A DNA stretch of 64,000 nucleotides, from positions 10,416,001-10,480,000 of the forward strand of contig NC_043017.1 in the NCBI RefSeq assembly GCF_006345805.1, given 5' to 3'. Every line of letters begins with the position of its first letter. The stretch's first letter is position 1. Source of the stretch: Octopus sinensis (lineage: Eukaryota). A model generated the notes under the pieces. That model was not told where the DNA came from and did no database searches. It saw only the letters and a program-made list of their open reading frames with translations. Shown piece by piece: positions 51,471 through 63,623 of the stretch. Both the position numbers and the translations under genes were made by a program.

Positions 51471-52773
51471 TAAATCTAAACCAATATTTGAATATTGAAT
51501 ATTGAACCAATATTGAATCTAAACCAATATTTTCACCCTTCCACCAACCTGGGTTAATTCTTAACTTTTTTTTTATTTATTTGTCCCAGAAAGTCTAAAA
51601 GACAATGTTGACCTCAGTGGGACTTGAACTCAAATCACAGAGAATTAGACTAATATCACACAGAATCTGGTTCAATATTCTCACCATTCTATCATTTTTG
51701 TCCCTGAAAAGACAGCTGCCAAGCTGACCCCAGCAGAATTTGAACTCAGACACAAGAGTTTCACAACAAATAGCACAATGAATCTGACCCTATATTCAGA
51801 TTGTGCCACCGAGGAATTACCCTGGATTAAAGAAGCATTTTACCAACAGAGAACAGGTTCTTTGTAGTGTGGTACTTACTCTATCAGTCTTTCTTTACCA
51901 AACCACTAAGTTACATAAACAAACCAACACTAGTTGTGAAGTAACCATGGAGGACAAACACACACATACATGCATGTGTGTGTGTGTGTGTGTGTGGTGT
52001 TTACATTCCTGTGACTTTGCGGTTCAGCAAAATAGACTGATAGAAAAAGTACCAGGCTTAAAAAGAGAAAAAGAAGTGCTGGGGTCGACACATTTGACTA
52101 ATAATTTGTCATGGTGGCGCCCCAGCATGGCCACAGTCTAATGATTGAAACGAATGATGACAGACAAAAGATGCAAGCAAGCAAGGGGATTGTATCTGAC
52201 ACCCTTATGCCTCTACAAGAATACCTTTGAATCCTATGCCTGCCACAAGTGAGACAGACCTGTGGCTAAACAACAACAATACCATGTTAGGGCACAGTAA
52301 CTAACAACAACATAGAGGAGGAGGATAGCCCCTACCCCCCAGCTATTTATACATGACACTCATAAAACATGAGCACAGGGGTCAGGGGTCAGCGGATGTT
52401 ACTACTGTGGTCTGACATAGATTACATCAGAAAAGAGGGGGGAGGAGAAGGCGGAGGAAGAGTTGAATGGGTAAACATGGTGGTGGTGGCGGCGGTGGAG
52501 TAGGAGGAGCTGATAATAGCCGAGATAAAACATAATATTATTATAGTTATAATAAAACAATGATAGTGAAAAGGCGGCAGTGGGAGGGTGTGGGTGTTGA
52601 TGGCTGTTGGATCTGGCCTATTTCTGAGTCTGTCTTGCAGTTGGCTAATAATTTACTACTACTACTACCACTACCACTACTACTACTACTACGTTATCAG
52701 TCACCATCAAATAGCTACTGCCACAACTACAAAACATATGGGTGTTTTAAGACCAACACTACAATATGTGTGC

Positions 52774-52830
<57 letters not shown>

Positions 52831-52842
52831 ATATATATATGT

Positions 52843-53130
52843 GTGGAGGCGCAATGGCCTAGTGGTTAGGGCCAGTGGACTCGTGGTCGTAGGATCGCAG
52901 TTTCGATTCCAGACCGGGCGTTGTGAGTGTTCATTGAGCGAAAACACCTAAAAAGCTCCACGAGGCTCCGGCAGGGGGTGGTGATCCCTGCTGTACTCTT
53001 TCACCACTCTTTCTTCTGTTGGCCTGCTCGCTTAGCCAGCGGGGTGGCATCATTCGAAGGCTAAAACAATGCGAACGCATTGTGACTAGCGATGTGTAAC
53101 AACATCTGATGGTCTGGTCGATCACGTGAT
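52843..53130 (+). mobile_element. SINE family C, tail type 3
   Basis: Same head, then an unrelated tail CTGTTGGCCTGCTCGCTTAGCCAGC...GGTCGATCACGTGAT. Confidence 0.85.
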
Positions 53131-53164
53131 ATATATATATATAGCTAGATAGATAGATATAGAT

Positions 53165-53406
53165 GTGTGTATTTTTCCCTTGTAGACGCATAAGGGTGTC
53201 TGATACAATCCCTTGCTCACTTGCATCTTTTGTCTATTATTATTTGTTTCAATCAGACTTATTGACAAGTTTCATTTCTTCACTTCTCTGAAGAGAAGAT
53301 TACATTGTTTTACACCATTTTATTCCTTTGGAATAATATCAGTGATATCTTCGAAACATATGTCGGAAGTAAAAGAATTTGAATAACACCTGCGTTTAAC
53401 TCCATT
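53165..53406 (+). mobile_element. PLE-like terminal fragment carrying the canonical hammerhead
   Basis: Unique AT-rich segment between microsatellites; hammerhead followed by 36 nt then (TA)n. Confidence 0.5.
53282..53370 (+). ncRNA. Canonical type I hammerhead ribozyme
   Basis: ACTTCT-CTGAAGA-GAAGAT...ATCTTC-GAAA-CATATG-T-C-GGAAGT. All core nucleotides present, G10.1-C11.1, 6-bp stems I and II, palindromic stem III ACATATGT, GUC site (cleavage after 53364). Confidence 0.88.
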
Positions 53407-54878
53407 TATATATATATATATATATATATACAACAGGCTTCTTTCAGTTTCCATCTACCAAATCCACTCACAAGGCTTTGGTTAGCACAAAGTTATAGCA
53501 GAATACACTTGCCCACGGTGCCACACTGTGGGACTGAACCCGAAACCACATAGTTGGGAAACAAACTTCTTACTGCACAGCCACACCTAATATGTTTTTT
53601 GCTTTTTATAAATAATCAGCAGAAGTTAGAGAGTGCCTCAAGGGCAGAGAGTTTCTGGAAGCTATGCTAAATAGTTTTCAGCTCAAAAGCCCTCCAAAAT
53701 AGACCAAGTATTTAGTCCTTGTTGATACTACCTTTAATGGCATTAGTCAGAGGTAAAAAGGGCTGTGGCTTCAGACCCTTTGCAGGGCTTCTGTAATGGG
53801 TGGGAGAAATTTGCTCTCAAAGCCAGAAGAGACAACCTGAATACCTGCAACAAAACAAAACTCGTCTAAAGACATCCAAGGACCAAGCAGTGGAGATCAA
53901 ATCACGCTATGGATTAAGGTCTAAACCCACAACAATATCTGAAACAATTCCTGGTAATTAATTTAACTGTATAAGGTAGACATTGGTAAAGTGGCCAATA
54001 CTGATGCCTAGGGGTCTTTGTGGCTAACCAAGGGGTGGATAAAAACCAGAAATGATTTTGAGCATTAAGGGTGATGAGATTAGTAGCAAACTGAATTTGG
54101 AAGAGCAAGGGTAATTTAAGGCTAAAACTCAATAATTTTCAACTAAATATTGATGTAATATTAACTAACATTCAATAAACACACATCAAATATTCCAACT
54201 ATAGCAATATAATATGATTGAATTTTGTAATGTTTTTTATTAATTGTTAAATACTTTTAATGAAATTTCTTTAATTATTTCTTATTAAAAAGTGTTAATT
54301 ACTCAAGAGAATGAATGACTTATTGTTTTTAAATCAAGAAGTATTTTCTTTGTTAATTACACTTCTTAATGCTATTGACACGATTGACATGATAGGGGTC
54401 ATTAAGTTTTCAATGATTCCATAAAGGGGTCGACGATACAAGAAGTTAGCTGACCCCTGATATAGGGTAATCAGTAAATAATAACCCAGCAAGTAACAGA
54501 TAGGTAGATCTAGAATCCTAACAGTGGTGTGTGTGTGCATGCGTATGTGCAAGTATGGGTGAGGGCAGGGTTCCCCCATCCCAAATTGGTACTTATTCTG
54601 TCTGATACCACTTACATTAAAAAGTTTTGGCAGCTATAATTTATAGAATGTAATTAGCATTATGTTAAGAAAGTGTAAAAAGCAAGGGAGGCAGGGCGAC
54701 TAAGGTCTCTAAGAAATATGGTGACAGTCCTAGACCTCAGACAAGAAGGAAACTAAAAGAAAATGAGATGCTATTGTTCTGTAGAGATAGTTAGGCCAAC
54801 AAACAAACAACAATATGAATATAAACATTCTTCCCATAGTTACTACAAACTGATCTGAAATGCACTATCTTACATACG

Positions 54879-54912
<34 letters not shown>

Positions 54913-54997
54913 TAATAATAATAATAACTGTCTCACAGGTCACCAGGAGGTTTACAATTCAGGGCAAGGGTAAGTATGAGTATACACAGACATGAGA

Positions 54998-55031
<34 letters not shown>

Positions 55032-55101
55032 ATACCTATATGTGTAGCTGCAAATGCACCAATATCCTCATCATTTAACATCTAATTTTTTATGCCAGCA
55101 T

Positions 55102-55140
<39 letters not shown>

Positions 55141-55249
55141 TATACAGAGAGAGGGATATATATATATATATATATATATATCAAGGGAATATATCTAAAC
55201 ACACACATTCACTAGTATCTATATGTGTATGTTTGCATGCAGTTATACA

Positions 55250-55282
<33 letters not shown>

Positions 55283-55703
55283 CTACTTACTTCAGCAAAA
55301 AAAGTAAGAGACAGAGTTAAGTTGATTACATGAACCCCAGTACTCAACTGGTACTTATTTTATTGACCTTGAAGAGCAAAAAGTCAAAGTCCAGCCTCAG
55401 GGATTTGAACTCAGAATGTAAAGGGTCAAAAGAAACGTGGCTCAGCAGTTTGCCTGACGCTGTAGTGATTCTGTCACCCTGTGTCACCTGTTAACAATGA
55501 ACATGCATGCCATCATTTGTTTCTTGAGATGTTTTATTCTTTTATGCTTTTACTTGTTTCAGTCATTTGACTGCAGCCATGCTGGAGCACCGCCTTGAAG
55601 GGTTTTAGTGGAAGAAATTCAAAAATTTCTGCAATATAGATAAAAACCAGCTCCTACCAAAGACCCAACGCAGACACAAACTGCCAGACATTAAAATTTA
55701 GAC

Positions 55704-55940
55704 CAGTGGCTCTCAACCTTTTCAATATCTGAGCCAAATTCAAAATCTGGATTTTTTTTAGGGGGCCACAACAAAATACAAAGTCAAAAAACAAGTCAAA
55801 GAAAAATTTATATTTATAGAAGGAAGACCATAGAAGGCCACCAGAAGGATGCTGAGGGCCACTGGGAGAATGCTTTAGGGCTGCTCGAAGGATGCTTGAG
55901 TGCCACATGCGATGCTAAGAGTTGTGGTTGAGAACCCCCG
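55704..55940. mobile_element. hAT-type MITE
   Basis: CAGTGGCTCTCAACC...GGTTGAGAACCCCCG; TSD ATTTAGAC/ATTTAAAC (7/8). Confidence 0.8.
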
Positions 55941-56493
55941 ATTTAAACATATTGAGAGTGACACATTGAAATGTACTGAGGTGATATAGACTCCAGCATA
56001 CAACTACAGAGGTAAAGGAAAATATGGTGCATCATACAAGAGACACTGAGATGCGAGATAAATATCTCCCTGGATATGACACCAGGCTAGCACAAATAAC
56101 ACTTCTCAGATGATTGTGTGATATCTACTGACATATAGGATATATGAAGTAATGAAGAATATCGCATAGCACTACAGAGATATTGTAATGAAAGAGATCT
56201 CTTCTGGATATGACATAAGTCTCACATGGGTAACATCTTCCTTATGACCTGGTGGTACCTTTTGTCAGCTAAGTATACTAAGGTAAAGTAGTATATATAG
56301 CATACTAGTATGGTGACACTATGATTAGAGAGAGAGATCTCTCTGAATAAAAAGCCAGTCAAGCACAGGAAAGATTCCCAGAGGATTTGATGTTGGTAGT
56401 AAACTGTTACTACTGTTAATACTGGGGGTATGGATTGAGGTAATGTAGAATTTACCGGGACCCTGGGGTGGGAGACGAAACCTCTCCTTAGAG

Positions 56494-56747
56494 CAGTGAT
56501 TCTCAAGCATTTGTTGCCTATGGACCCCTTTGATCCCTATTTACTCACAGCTGATGGGGAACTTCCTTGTCATCCGATGTCCAAAAACTATTATATTTTT
56601 ATAATTAAATGTTATTAGGAATTGTATTTTTAAAAAAAGGCTTAAATATGTTGTGTATTGTTGAAGTATAACTGTTTTATTGCAGATGAAGTTTATCAAA
56701 ATCTATGAACCTCCAAGGCTCACATGGGACCTGGTTGAGAATGCCTC
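56494..56747. mobile_element. hAT-type MITE
   Basis: CAGTGATTCTCAA...TTGAGAATGCCTC; perfect 8-bp TSD CCTTAGAG. Confidence 0.85.
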
Positions 56748-57608
56748 CCTTAGAGTGACACCAGTTGACATCAGGCAATGCCCCCAGATAATTAGGTTGT
56801 ACCACCACAGACACCCAATGATGAGAGATAAATCTTCTTGTGGATAGGACACCTGTCTACCAACATCATACACACAGAGAGAGTAAACTTCCCTTTGTCC
56901 AGCACTCAAACAACTAAAATACTCAAGCAACCAGCACTGGGGAAATATTTTCCTTTTAATTATGTTGTTAATTAAAGTCAAGAGAACTTGTGCTAATTTG
57001 TGTTAATTAATTGTCATTAAAAGTAAGTTTCTACTGTATCTAAAATGAATTGTTGCTTCTCAAAGTACAATACAGTATGTTTTACTTGACTGTTTACCAC
57101 ACCTGTGCTCTATAAGTTGAACAAAAGTTGTTCTTCACTAATAATAATAATAATGAACTTATCACACACAGTTCTCAGGTGCACTGCAACTCATCAGAAA
57201 AAACAGCCAAAAGTGCATGAACAGGACATAGAATAATGTGCAGGAAATGAACAGCAAATGAGTCATCTGAAAAGTTTTTCAAAAATTTCTGAAAATAAAC
57301 AGGGAGGCACCAGGTGTAGTTGAACTTCAGGAAACGGAGAAATTTTGAAGGATGTAGTGCCCCAACAGCTAACAAATAATGCTGGTAGTTTAGTCAATGC
57401 TTCGGCCATTCTGAGCTGCTGCTTATTTTACTAATTTCTACAATATTCAGAATATTAATAAGACTGGTGTATACACAGAGTTTAATGAGGTTTTTTTAAG
57501 GTGCCATGGTAATTCAAAAAGTGATGATCAAATACCTGGAAAATTCAGTTACCACAGCAACCTAGGGGCACTAGACAGGAGGGAATTCACTGTATGTATA
57601 TGTATACA

Positions 57609-57657
<49 letters not shown>

Positions 57658-57660
<3 letters not shown>

Positions 57661-57896
57661 GGAGATGTACTTGCGTAGCGAGTGACTTCATTTGAGATCG
57701 TGTGCTGGAACGAAAACAATTGCAGTGTGGAAGGTGTATATAAGCCATTTAAGAAACACACAAAGTTTTGTCAGTGAACAGGTCGTGGTCTCAAAGCGAC
57801 GAAAATATGCTGACATTTTAAATTTAAATGTTGAAGTGAATCTAACGGTTTTTGTGTGTTTCTTAAATGGCTTATAAACACCTTCCATGCTGCAAT

Positions 57897-57900
<4 letters not shown>
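57658..57900. mobile_element. PLE-like terminus (G3-C8 family) with inverted partial copy, flanked by (TA)n on both sides
   Basis: 57720-57764 is the reverse complement of about 57851-57897; other family copies at 1640-1800 (+) and about 1065-1174 (-). Confidence 0.65.
57769..57815 (+). ncRNA. Type I hammerhead-like motif, G3-C8 family
   Basis: TGTCA-GTGAACA-G-GTCGT(ggtctcaaa)GCGAC-GAAA-ATAT-G-C-TGACA. G3/C8 swap, perfect stems I and II; U16.1 mutated to G in this copy. Confidence 0.7.
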
Positions 57901-57983
<83 letters not shown>

Positions 57984-58456
57984 TGTATATGTATGTATAT
58001 TTATATATCTTCTACCTTTAACTTGTTTCAGTCACTATACTGTGGCTATGCTGGGGCAACCCTTGAAGAACATCAGTACTTCTTTTTATTTAAGCCTGTT
58101 ACTTATTCTATTGGCCTTTCACCAAACCGCTAAGTTACAGGGATATAAACACACCGACACCGGTTGTCAAGCACTTGTGGGGGATGCCCGATACAGCGGC
58201 TTTTAAGCTAGTATATAGCTTTTAAGCAACTGACTCTGAATGGGAAGATCTGCAAAGAGATCTCTGACTTGTTTTGCAGAATTTATTGCAATTCCTTCCT
58301 CCAGAGTCATAGTCCAATGATGATCATATTCGTTGCAAAAAAAAAAATCATGTAAAAAAAAATCACTGGAAACAATTGCAGTAATGTAAACATAGGAATC
58401 CAAAATTTCAGGATTCCAGGTCCAGATTCGGCCTGAAATGTTTTCAATTTACTTAC

Positions 58457-58503
58457 AGAGTCAGGCTGATTCCAAAGTACTATGATATGTAGGGATACGG
58501 CCA
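58457..58503 (-). CDS. Weak candidate exon (47 nt, phase 1-0)
   Basis: ctttttcaactttactcctAG| AVSLHIIVLWNQPDS |GTAAGT; single open frame. Confidence 0.25.
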
Positions 58504-58586
58504 CTAGGAGTAAAGTTGAAAAAGTGTGACACACTGTCATTCACATTTATTATATTATATTATATATTATATTATATTATATATAT

Positions 58587-58620
<34 letters not shown>

Positions 58621-58623
<3 letters not shown>

Positions 58624-59043
58624 CACAGGAGTGGCTCTGTGGTAAGAAGCTTGCTTACCAACCACATGGTCCTGGGTTCAGTCCCACTGCATGGCACCTT
58701 GGGCAAGTGTCTTCTACTATAGCCTCAAGCCGACCAAAGCCTTGTGAGTGGATTTGGTAGAAAGAAACTGAAAGAAGTCCATTGTATATGTGTATATACA
58801 TACATATATATATATATATATACATGTATATACATGTATGTATGTGTTTGTTTGTGTCTGTGTTTGTCCCCTCACCATCGCTTGGCAACTGATGTTGGTG
58901 TGTTTAAATCCCGGTCAGTAAAAGCGACCAATAGAATAACTACCAGGCTTACAAAGAATAAGTCCTGGGGTTGATTTATTCAACTAAAGGTGGTGCTCCA
59001 GTATGGCCACAATCAAATGACTGAAACAAGTAAAAGAGTAAAG
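58621..59043 (+). mobile_element. SINE family B
   Basis: Full-length copy. Confidence 0.88.
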
Positions 59044-59072
59044 GAGTGTGTGTGTGTGTGTGTATATATATA

Positions 59073-59336
59073 TCATCATCATCATCGTTTAACGTCCGCT
59101 TTCCATGCTAGCATGGGTTGGACGGTTCAACTGGGGTCTGGGGAGCCCGAAGGCTGCACCAGGCCAGTCAGATCTGGCAGTGTTTCTACAGCTGGATGCC
59201 CTTCCTAACGCCAACCACTCCGAGAGTGTAGTGGGTGATTTTATGTGCCACTGACACAGGTGCCAAACGAGGCTGGCGAACAGCCACACTCGGATGGTGT
59301 TTTTTATGTGCCACCGACACAGGTGCCAGACGAGGC
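59073..59336 (-). mobile_element. SINE-like family D
   Basis: Matches 32847-33102. Confidence 0.85.
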
Positions 59337-60055
59337 TATATATATACACACTCACACACAATAGGCTTCTTTCAGTTCCTGTCTACCAAATCCACTCACA
59401 AGTGTTTGGTCAGCCCAAAGCTGTAAAAGAAGAGACTTACCCAAGGTGCCACACAGTGGGACTGAACCTGAAACCATAAGGTTGGCGAGCAAACTGCTTA
59501 CCATAGAGCCACATCTGTGCCTAGACTCATATATGAAGTGTAGGGAGTGGAAAAGCTGTTATTACTGAGACGACTGTCCTTGCAATTTGAAGACAAGAAT
59601 CCTTTTTATGGGGGAGGAGGGGGTTCAAAAGCTAAAAAAAACAAAAAAAACCAAGGGAGATAACTACATGCAAAACAGGCCTCTCCTAATAATTCCATCA
59701 ATAAAAATCCACTTGTAGCCTGAGACTTTAGTAAGAGACACTAGCACCCCCAAAACGCCATGCAAGGGGATTGAACCAGGATCCACATGATTGCATGAAT
59801 GCAAAGCTTCTTAACCATGCAGCCAAGTAGAGATGTGGTTGTTTGTTGTTGTTGTATTAGGAAGGAAAAGTCAATGAGGTCTGCTTGAATACTGTCAGGA
59901 GCAGTTGAGTCTGTTCCACATGTGTGTGTGTGTGTGTGTGTGTGCATGAAAGAGAGAGAAAGTTTGTATGTGTAGTGTATGTGTGTGTGTGTGTATAGAT
60001 GTGTATTTGTATGTGTGTTTATGTAGCTGCAAGAGCTTGCCTGCATATATATATA

Positions 60056-60106
<51 letters not shown>

Positions 60107-60222
60107 TCATGAGCTGTTATATATATATATATGTATGTATCTGACTGTGTATGTGTTTGTGTGAGTGTATATAAATCTATGTGAGTAGTGTATATGTCTG
60201 TGCAAGTGTATATATCTGTATG

Positions 60223-60280
<58 letters not shown>

Positions 60281-60655
60281 GTCTGCAAGAGTGTATGTGA
60301 CTGTGCTTATGTCTGTGTATGTGTATGCACATATATATCTGCATGTGTGTTTGTCTCTATACATGTATGCATCTGTACACCAGTGTGTATGTGTGTAAAT
60401 GTGTGTGTGTGTGTGTATTTAGGTGACAGACTGAAAGTCAAACACTGTCAAAATGACTGTGTGTGTGTGTGTGTGTGTGTATATTAGTGAGAGTATGTAC
60501 ATGTCTGTGTTGGTAACAGACAGATAAAGTCAGACAATGTCACGTGTGTGTGTGTGTGTATGTATGTGTGTGTGAAGACAAAGACAGACAATATGTCACA
60601 AAGGCATACACACATGCATATATATGCCATAAATGCATACATGTGTACATACACA

Positions 60656-60691
<36 letters not shown>

Positions 60692-60965
60692 GCCATAAAC
60701 ACATACATAAATAGAGGGATGGGTACACACATAGCACCACAAATGCATACATATACATGTACATATACATACATACACACACAAACTCATGGAACAACTA
60801 GAGTGACTGAAATTTGTTCGGCTCAGGTAATCAAAGACACAGGTAAGTTGTAAATGAGACACCTGCATTGATTGTGATGGTAGCAGTAGCAACAGCTGAG
60901 CAAGAGAGATAGACAGACAGACAGACAGAGAGGAAGTGACAGAAAGAGAGGGAGAGAGACGGAGA

Positions 60966-61003
<38 letters not shown>

Positions 61004-61194
61004 TGTCAGACAGAAAGAGAGAAAGAGCAGGTTAGAGAGACATAAGAAGACAGACAAAAAGAGAGAAAGGCAAAATAGAGAGAAAGGTGATTGAGAGACA
61101 AAGTGAGACTCAAAGTTAGAGAGAAAAAGAGAGGGGAAGAGGAAGATGCCAGGTTCTCTTCCTGGCTGAGAAATTATCATCATCATCATCATCA

Positions 61195-61225
<31 letters not shown>

Positions 61226-61264
61226 CATCATTATTATTATTATTATTGTTATTATTATTATTAT

Positions 61265-61607
61265 ATTATTGAGAGAGAGAGAGCAGTGCATGCCATCAAA
61301 GTGACACTGGGGTAAAGTATACGAAGCCCAATATACCCATCATGACTACCCGTCTGATAAGGGTACACCAGGCACATGCATCACAACCATATGTGCGCAA
61401 CATGGTGATCTCATATCAAGATAAACAGTGCATGACTTTGCAGGTGGGGCCCAGTTAGAATTTTCTTCTGGTCGAGTAACCCATCCCGCTCAAAAGATCC
61501 CTGAATAAGGGTTGTTTAAGGATGTTAAACGAAACATCCATGTTTCCAGAGGTGAATTATTCAAACCCCAAAGAATCCCTCTCAACACATGGCTATGATG
61601 CTCCCCC
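61265..61607 (-). mobile_element. Retroposon-like family E
   Basis: Matches 36493-36835; partial copy at 62401-62612. Confidence 0.8.
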
Positions 61608-61632
61608 ACACACGGCTATGATGTTATTATTA

Positions 61633-61668
<36 letters not shown>

Positions 61669-62258
61669 GGCAGTGAGCTAGCAGGAATGTTAGCACAGAG
61701 GACAAGACGGTTAGTGGCATTTTGTCTGTCTTTACTGAGTTCAAATGCCACTGAAGTCGACTTTACCGTCCATCCTCCCAGGGTCGATAAAATAAGTACC
61801 AGTTGAATTCTGGGGTTCATGTAATTGATTTACATCCTCCCTCGGAACTGCTGGCCTTGTGCTGGACCCTTTTGAGAGGGCTAAAGATAGGCACTTTCCA
61901 CTTTGGCCCAGCCCTCATCAACTTTTTCAAGTGTTGCCTTGTAGGACATTTGCTGAAAGGTGGGTGAATGTTGGAAGAATGGCCAGTGTGAAAGGACCAA
62001 TTCCGAGTGTGCACCTGTAAAAAAAAAAGGAAAAGGGCTTTTGCCCTGTTGTTCAGGCATCCATGGTCTTTGTGGGGTTTTCTACAAGGACCTTAAAACA
62101 CCTCCCCTATTGGGAGTTTTAATTTGTTCAATTTTTATTGTTATTACATTGTGTACACACGTAAACCCATTGTATCGTCCCATTTTTGTTCTTTATGTTA
62201 TTGTATGTCTTTTAATGTTTTGTATGTGAGTCCTTGTGACTAATGAAAGAATAAATTA

Positions 62259-62309
<51 letters not shown>

Positions 62310-62437
62310 TGCAGAGGTTCACTTTGCCTTTCAATACAATACAGTATCAGTCAAATACTGGGGTCGACTTTCCCCCTCTTAAAAATGCTGGCCTTGTCCC
62401 AAGTAACCCATCCCGCTCAAAAGATCCCTGAATAAGT

Positions 62438-62585
62438 GTTGTTTAAGGATGTTGAAAGAAACAGCCATGTTTCCAGAGGTGAATTATTCAAACCCCAAAG
62501 AATTCCTATGTTGAGAGGAATTCTTTGGGGTTTGAATAATTCACCTCTGGAAACATGGCTGTTTCTTTCAACATCCTTAAACAAC
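62438..62585. repeat. Perfect 70-bp inverted repeat with 8-nt loop inside a family E fragment
   Basis: 62438-62507 is the exact reverse complement of 62516-62585; loop ATGTTGAG. Confidence 0.95.
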
Positions 62586-62613
62586 CCTATATGCCTTCAT
62601 GGCTATGATGCTC

Positions 62614-62644
<31 letters not shown>

Positions 62645-62645
<1 letters not shown>

Positions 62646-63035
62646 GCAAGGAGTGGCTGTGTGGTAAGTAGCTTGCTAACCAACCACATGGTTCCGGGTT
62701 CAGTCCCACTGCGTGGCACCTTGGGCAAGTGTCTTCTGCTATAGCCCCGGGCCGACCAATGCCTTGTGAGTGGATTTGGTAGACGGAAACTGAAAGAAAC
62801 CTGTCGTATATATGTATATATATATATATGTGTGTGTGTTTGTCCCCCTAGCATTGCTTGACAACCGATGCTGGTGTGTTTACGTCCCTATCACTTAGTG
62901 GTTCGGCAAAAGAGACCGATAGAATAAGTACTGGGCTTACAAAAGAATAAGTCCCGGGGTCGATTTGCTCGACTAAAGGCCGTGCTCCAGCATGGCCGCA
63001 GTCAAATGACTGAAACAAGTAAAAAAAAAAAGAGA
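62645..63035 (+). mobile_element. SINE family B
   Basis: Full-length, young-looking copy. Confidence 0.9.
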
Positions 63036-63583
63036 ATGTATTTTGCATCTCGCTAATAAGTTAAAAAACAAAAAAAAGTCAAAACCAACAAATCATCCAT
63101 TTTTTTTTTTTCCATAGAGAACTGGTAAGCAGTCTGGCTGGCTGGCTGGCTGGCTGGATGGTGGGTTGGTTGCATGTCGATTAACAACAACAACAACAAC
63201 GGGGGGGGGGGGACTTTCAGGCAGGGGGTGGAAAAAATATGAGAAGAAAGATAGCATGGTGGACACCGTGAGCGGGGGGGGGGGGGTTAGAGAGGGGATA
63301 AGAGAGATGGAAGTAGGGAGGGGGGGTGCGAAATGACAATGAGGACAGGGACGAGGGGATTCAGAAGGAATAGAGAAGCTCTGCTAGTAGTCTACCCCCA
63401 CCCACCACCCACCCACCAACACCACCACCATTACCATTACCACAGGTAGCAGAAATGAGGGCTGATAGCGATGGTGGTGGTGGTGGTGGTAGATGACAGT
63501 GCACGAGAGAGGGCGGGGAGGGGGATGAGAATCAAAATGTGACACTTGCTGTCAAACATGACAAAATATCTGTTTACACATAC

Positions 63584-63623
<40 letters not shown>

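Noticed and set aside
57165-57205. Minus-strand CTGATGA core
   Set aside because: No GAAA or cleavage triplet at the right spacing; the surrounding segment looks like an unclassified TE remnant.
1376-62700. tRNA genes
   Set aside because: The A/B-box segments are SINE heads that continue into SINE bodies; no complete cloverleaf with a terminator.
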